Below the pieces are notes generated by a model. That model was not told where the DNA came from. It did not search any database and saw only the letters and a list, made by a program, of their open reading frames with translations. This document shows, piece after piece, positions 61,854-64,000 of a stretch of DNA of 64,000 nt. Source of the DNA: an uncultured Candidatus Binatia bacterium (lineage in GTDB: Bacteria; Desulfobacterota; Binatia; Bin18); contig OZ243961.1 in the NCBI GenBank assembly GCA_965214605.1, positions 1,472,001 through 1,536,000 of the forward strand. The letters are read 5' to 3'. Position 1 is the first letter of the stretch; every line of letters begins with the position of its first letter. Both the position numbers and the translations under genes were made by a program.

Positions 61854-63173
61854 ATGAAGAACTCCTCCTCAGTGGCCGAGGAGTTGACCCACCCCTCTGT
61901 CCCGGCTCCCACGCGGCGCATCTTTTACGGCTGGATCGTACTCGGTTTGGCTTGGACCGTCCTGTTTGTCTCTTACGGCGTTCAATTTACGTTCGGGGTT
62001 TTCATGCCGGCTATTGAAACAGATACGGGTTGGGACCGGACCAGCTTGTCTCTCCTCTATGCGGTCTATGTGTTTCTGTATAACGTCTTGGGAGCCGTCA
62101 GTGGCTGGGCGACCGATCGGTGGGGTCCGCGGCTGGTTATCTTTACCGGTGGCTGTTTTCTAGGCGGTGGTGTTCTTCTGACCAGCCAAGCGCAGGAGCT
62201 CTGGCAGCTGTATGTCACCCTCGGCGCTATCACCGCAATAGGTATGAGCTCAGCCTTCGTGCCGTGCAACTCCACGATTGTCCGCTGGTTTACGAGGCGG
62301 CGGGGTCTAGCTCTGAGTATTTCGACCAGCGGGGGCAGCGTGGGAAATTTTCTTTTTCCGCCGCTTGCCGCAGCCCTCATCGCTGCTTACGGCTGGCGTC
62401 CGACCTATCTGATTCTAGGCTGTGCTAGCCTGGCCATTATCGGCCTGTGCGCTCTGTTCATCGTTCGTGATCCAGAACAGTTGGGGCTGTCCCCGGACGG
62501 CTCTTTCACCTCGCCCGTCCAAGAAGAACCAAACGGCCATGCAGTCGCAGGAACGGACTATACGCTCGCCGAGGCACGAAAGACGGCTTCTTTTTGGCTG
62601 TTAAACGCTGTCTTTACTCTGACCTGGCTGGTCGTGTTTATGCCATTGATTCATCTTGTTCCGGTCGCCACCGCTCTGGGGGCGTCGCCAGTTCAGGCGG
62701 CCACAATTGTGAGCGCGGTTGGTCTTGGCAATCTGGCTGGCCGTCTGCTAGCCGGAGTCATCTCTGATCGTCTGGGTCCCTTGCCAACCCTAGGGACCAG
62801 CCTTGCTATGCAGGTGCTGGCCTTTGTTGGTTTTGTGCTGAGTAGCAACCTCAGCCTGCTGTATCCCAGCGCGATTATCTTTGGCCTCGCCTATGGCGGG
62901 GCGGTCGCCCTGTTTCCGCTCATTGTGGGAGATTTTTTCGGTCGGGTGTCAGTCGGGGCTATTGTCGGCTTTATCTTTGCCGTTGCCGGCTCAACCAGTG
63001 CCTTTGGGCCCTTTATCGCCGGCTACATCTATGACACCAGCGGTTCATATGAGACGGCTTTTCTGCTCGGTGCGGGGCTCAACCTGCTCGGTTTGGGTGC
63101 ACTCTTTTTTGTCAAAAGACCGCCGGTTAAACAGCCCTCCCCAAACCTGATGGCCCCTGTTCACACAGGATAA
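61854..63173 (+). CDS. MFS transporter (OFA/MCT-like)
   Basis: FYGW, G...DRWGPR, RWF.RRRGLA, G.ISDRLG, GP..AG.IYD..GSY; about 12 TMs. Confidence 0.9.
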   Translation: MKNSSSVAEELTHPSVPAPTRRIFYGWIVLGLAWTVLFVSYGVQFTFGVFMPAIETDTGWDRTSLSLLYAVYVFLYNVLGAVSGWATDRWGPRLVIFTGGCFLGGGVLLTSQAQELWQLYVTLGAITAIGMSSAFVPCNSTIVRWFTRRRGLALSISTSGGSVGNFLFPPLAAALIAAYGWRPTYLILGCASLAIIGLCALFIVRDPEQLGLSPDGSFTSPVQEEPNGHAVAGTDYTLAEARKTASFWLLNAVFTLTWLVVFMPLIHLVPVATALGASPVQAATIVSAVGLGNLAGRLLAGVISDRLGPLPTLGTSLAMQVLAFVGFVLSSNLSLLYPSAIIFGLAYGGAVALFPLIVGDFFGRVSVGAIVGFIFAVAGSTSAFGPFIAGYIYDTSGSYETAFLLGAGLNLLGLGALFFVKRPPVKQPSPNLMAPVHTG

Positions 63174-63251
63174 AGTTATGGCTGCTCTTGTCGTTTCCCG
63201 CCCCTCAGGATATTGCACACCTCAGTCTCAGCCTCAGGCAAGGAGGGAGCG

Positions 63252-64000
63252 ATGTTACGCGCACAGGTGAACGGCATCGAGTTAGTCTACGAACTGAACG
63301 GCTCGGGCGAGCCTCTAGTTCTGATTCATGGGGCCCAGAGCGACCGTAGTATTTTCGCCGGACTGTTGCCCGCTTTTACCGATCAGTTTCAGGTCTTGAC
63401 CTTTGATCAACGCGGCTCAGGGCAGAGCGAAAAACCCGACATGGAATACACCATCGCCCTGCTGGCCGATGACACAGCGGCCCTTATGGAGCAGGTCGGG
63501 TTTGGTTCGGCTCACATTATCGGTGTGTCAATGGGTGGCATGATCGCCCAAGAGTTTGCCCTACGGTATCCGGCCAAAGTGCGTAGCCTGGTGCTTGGCT
63601 GTACCACATCCGGAGGTCCCAAGGCTGTCCCGCTGTCCGGGGAGGGCCTCGCTAGGGCCTACTCCACCAAAGAAATGTCGGCCGAAGAACGTGGCCGTGC
63701 CCTGGCCGAGGCGGCCTTCACCAAGGGCTATATCAAGGCCCACCCGGAAGTGATCACAGCCATGATTGAGACCCGTCGCAGTCGCCCGATCGATCCCGTT
63801 GGCTTTGGCTCTCGGATGAAAGCCGCGTTTGCCCACGACACCTACGACCGCCTGCCCAATATCTCCTGCCCGACCCTGGTTATCACCGGCAAACAGGACG
63901 CCCTGATTGCCTGGGAAAATTCCGATTTGCTGTCTGAACGTATCCCTGGCGCTAAGCGGGTGGTGCTGGAGCCGGCCGGGCATGTGTTTTGGATTGAGCA
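63252..64000 (+). CDS. Alpha/beta hydrolase (runs off window end; absent from ORF track)
   Basis: SD AGGAGG; MLRAQVNGIELVYE..G.GEPLVLIHG, FDQRGSG.S, GVSMGG nucleophile, PTLVITG..D, GH near window end. Confidence 0.9.
   Translation, partial: MLRAQVNGIELVYELNGSGEPLVLIHGAQSDRSIFAGLLPAFTDQFQVLTFDQRGSGQSEKPDMEYTIALLADDTAALMEQVGFGSAHIIGVSMGGMIAQEFALRYPAKVRSLVLGCTTSGGPKAVPLSGEGLARAYSTKEMSAEERGRALAEAAFTKGYIKAHPEVITAMIETRRSRPIDPVGFGSRMKAAFAHDTYDRLPNISCPTLVITGKQDALIAWENSDLLSERIPGAKRVVLEPAGHVFWIE

Overview
Bacterial chromosome segment, GC-rich and diderm (outer-membrane porins). It looks Deltaproteobacteria-like (Desulfobacterota/Binatia); plant-type LRR and FN3 modules plus many decayed genes suggest a host-associated, possibly sponge, symbiont (inference). 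Block 1 (4.6-33.9 kb) is a nitrogen-scavenging region: glnE; porin-glnB-amtB-GAF kinase-NtrC-like activator; and a urea locus whose urease genes are split over two divergent operons (porin-urtABCDE-ureA-ureC versus ureB-G-D-E-F). It has three sigma-54 promoters and a shared 17-bp paired enhancer motif. Block 2 (34.3-50.4 kb) is the most unusual part, a surface-polysaccharide island. It holds an O-antigen ligase/Wzy-family membrane protein with about 1,800 aa of Cys-capped LRR modules inserted in its catalytic loop (recent tandem duplications, 7-bp frameshift), a Wzx flippase, a sulfatase-LRR fusion, an ExoL-like glycosyltransferase, FN3 and deacetylase remnants, and an alginate-export-type porin. 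Block 3 is housekeeping/metabolic genes (rpe, S1-domain protein, cfa, Pat-type acetyltransferase, ubiE/menG, CocE, EVE, Nit, moeA pair, acyl-CoA dehydrogenase, MFS). Intergenic gaps hold decayed genes not recognisable from the ORF track: a BsuBI/PstI-like restriction-modification pair, HicB, ParE-like, ferritin-like and manC. No rRNA, tRNA or CRISPR-Cas was recognised. All calls come from motif recognition by eye; no database search was run.
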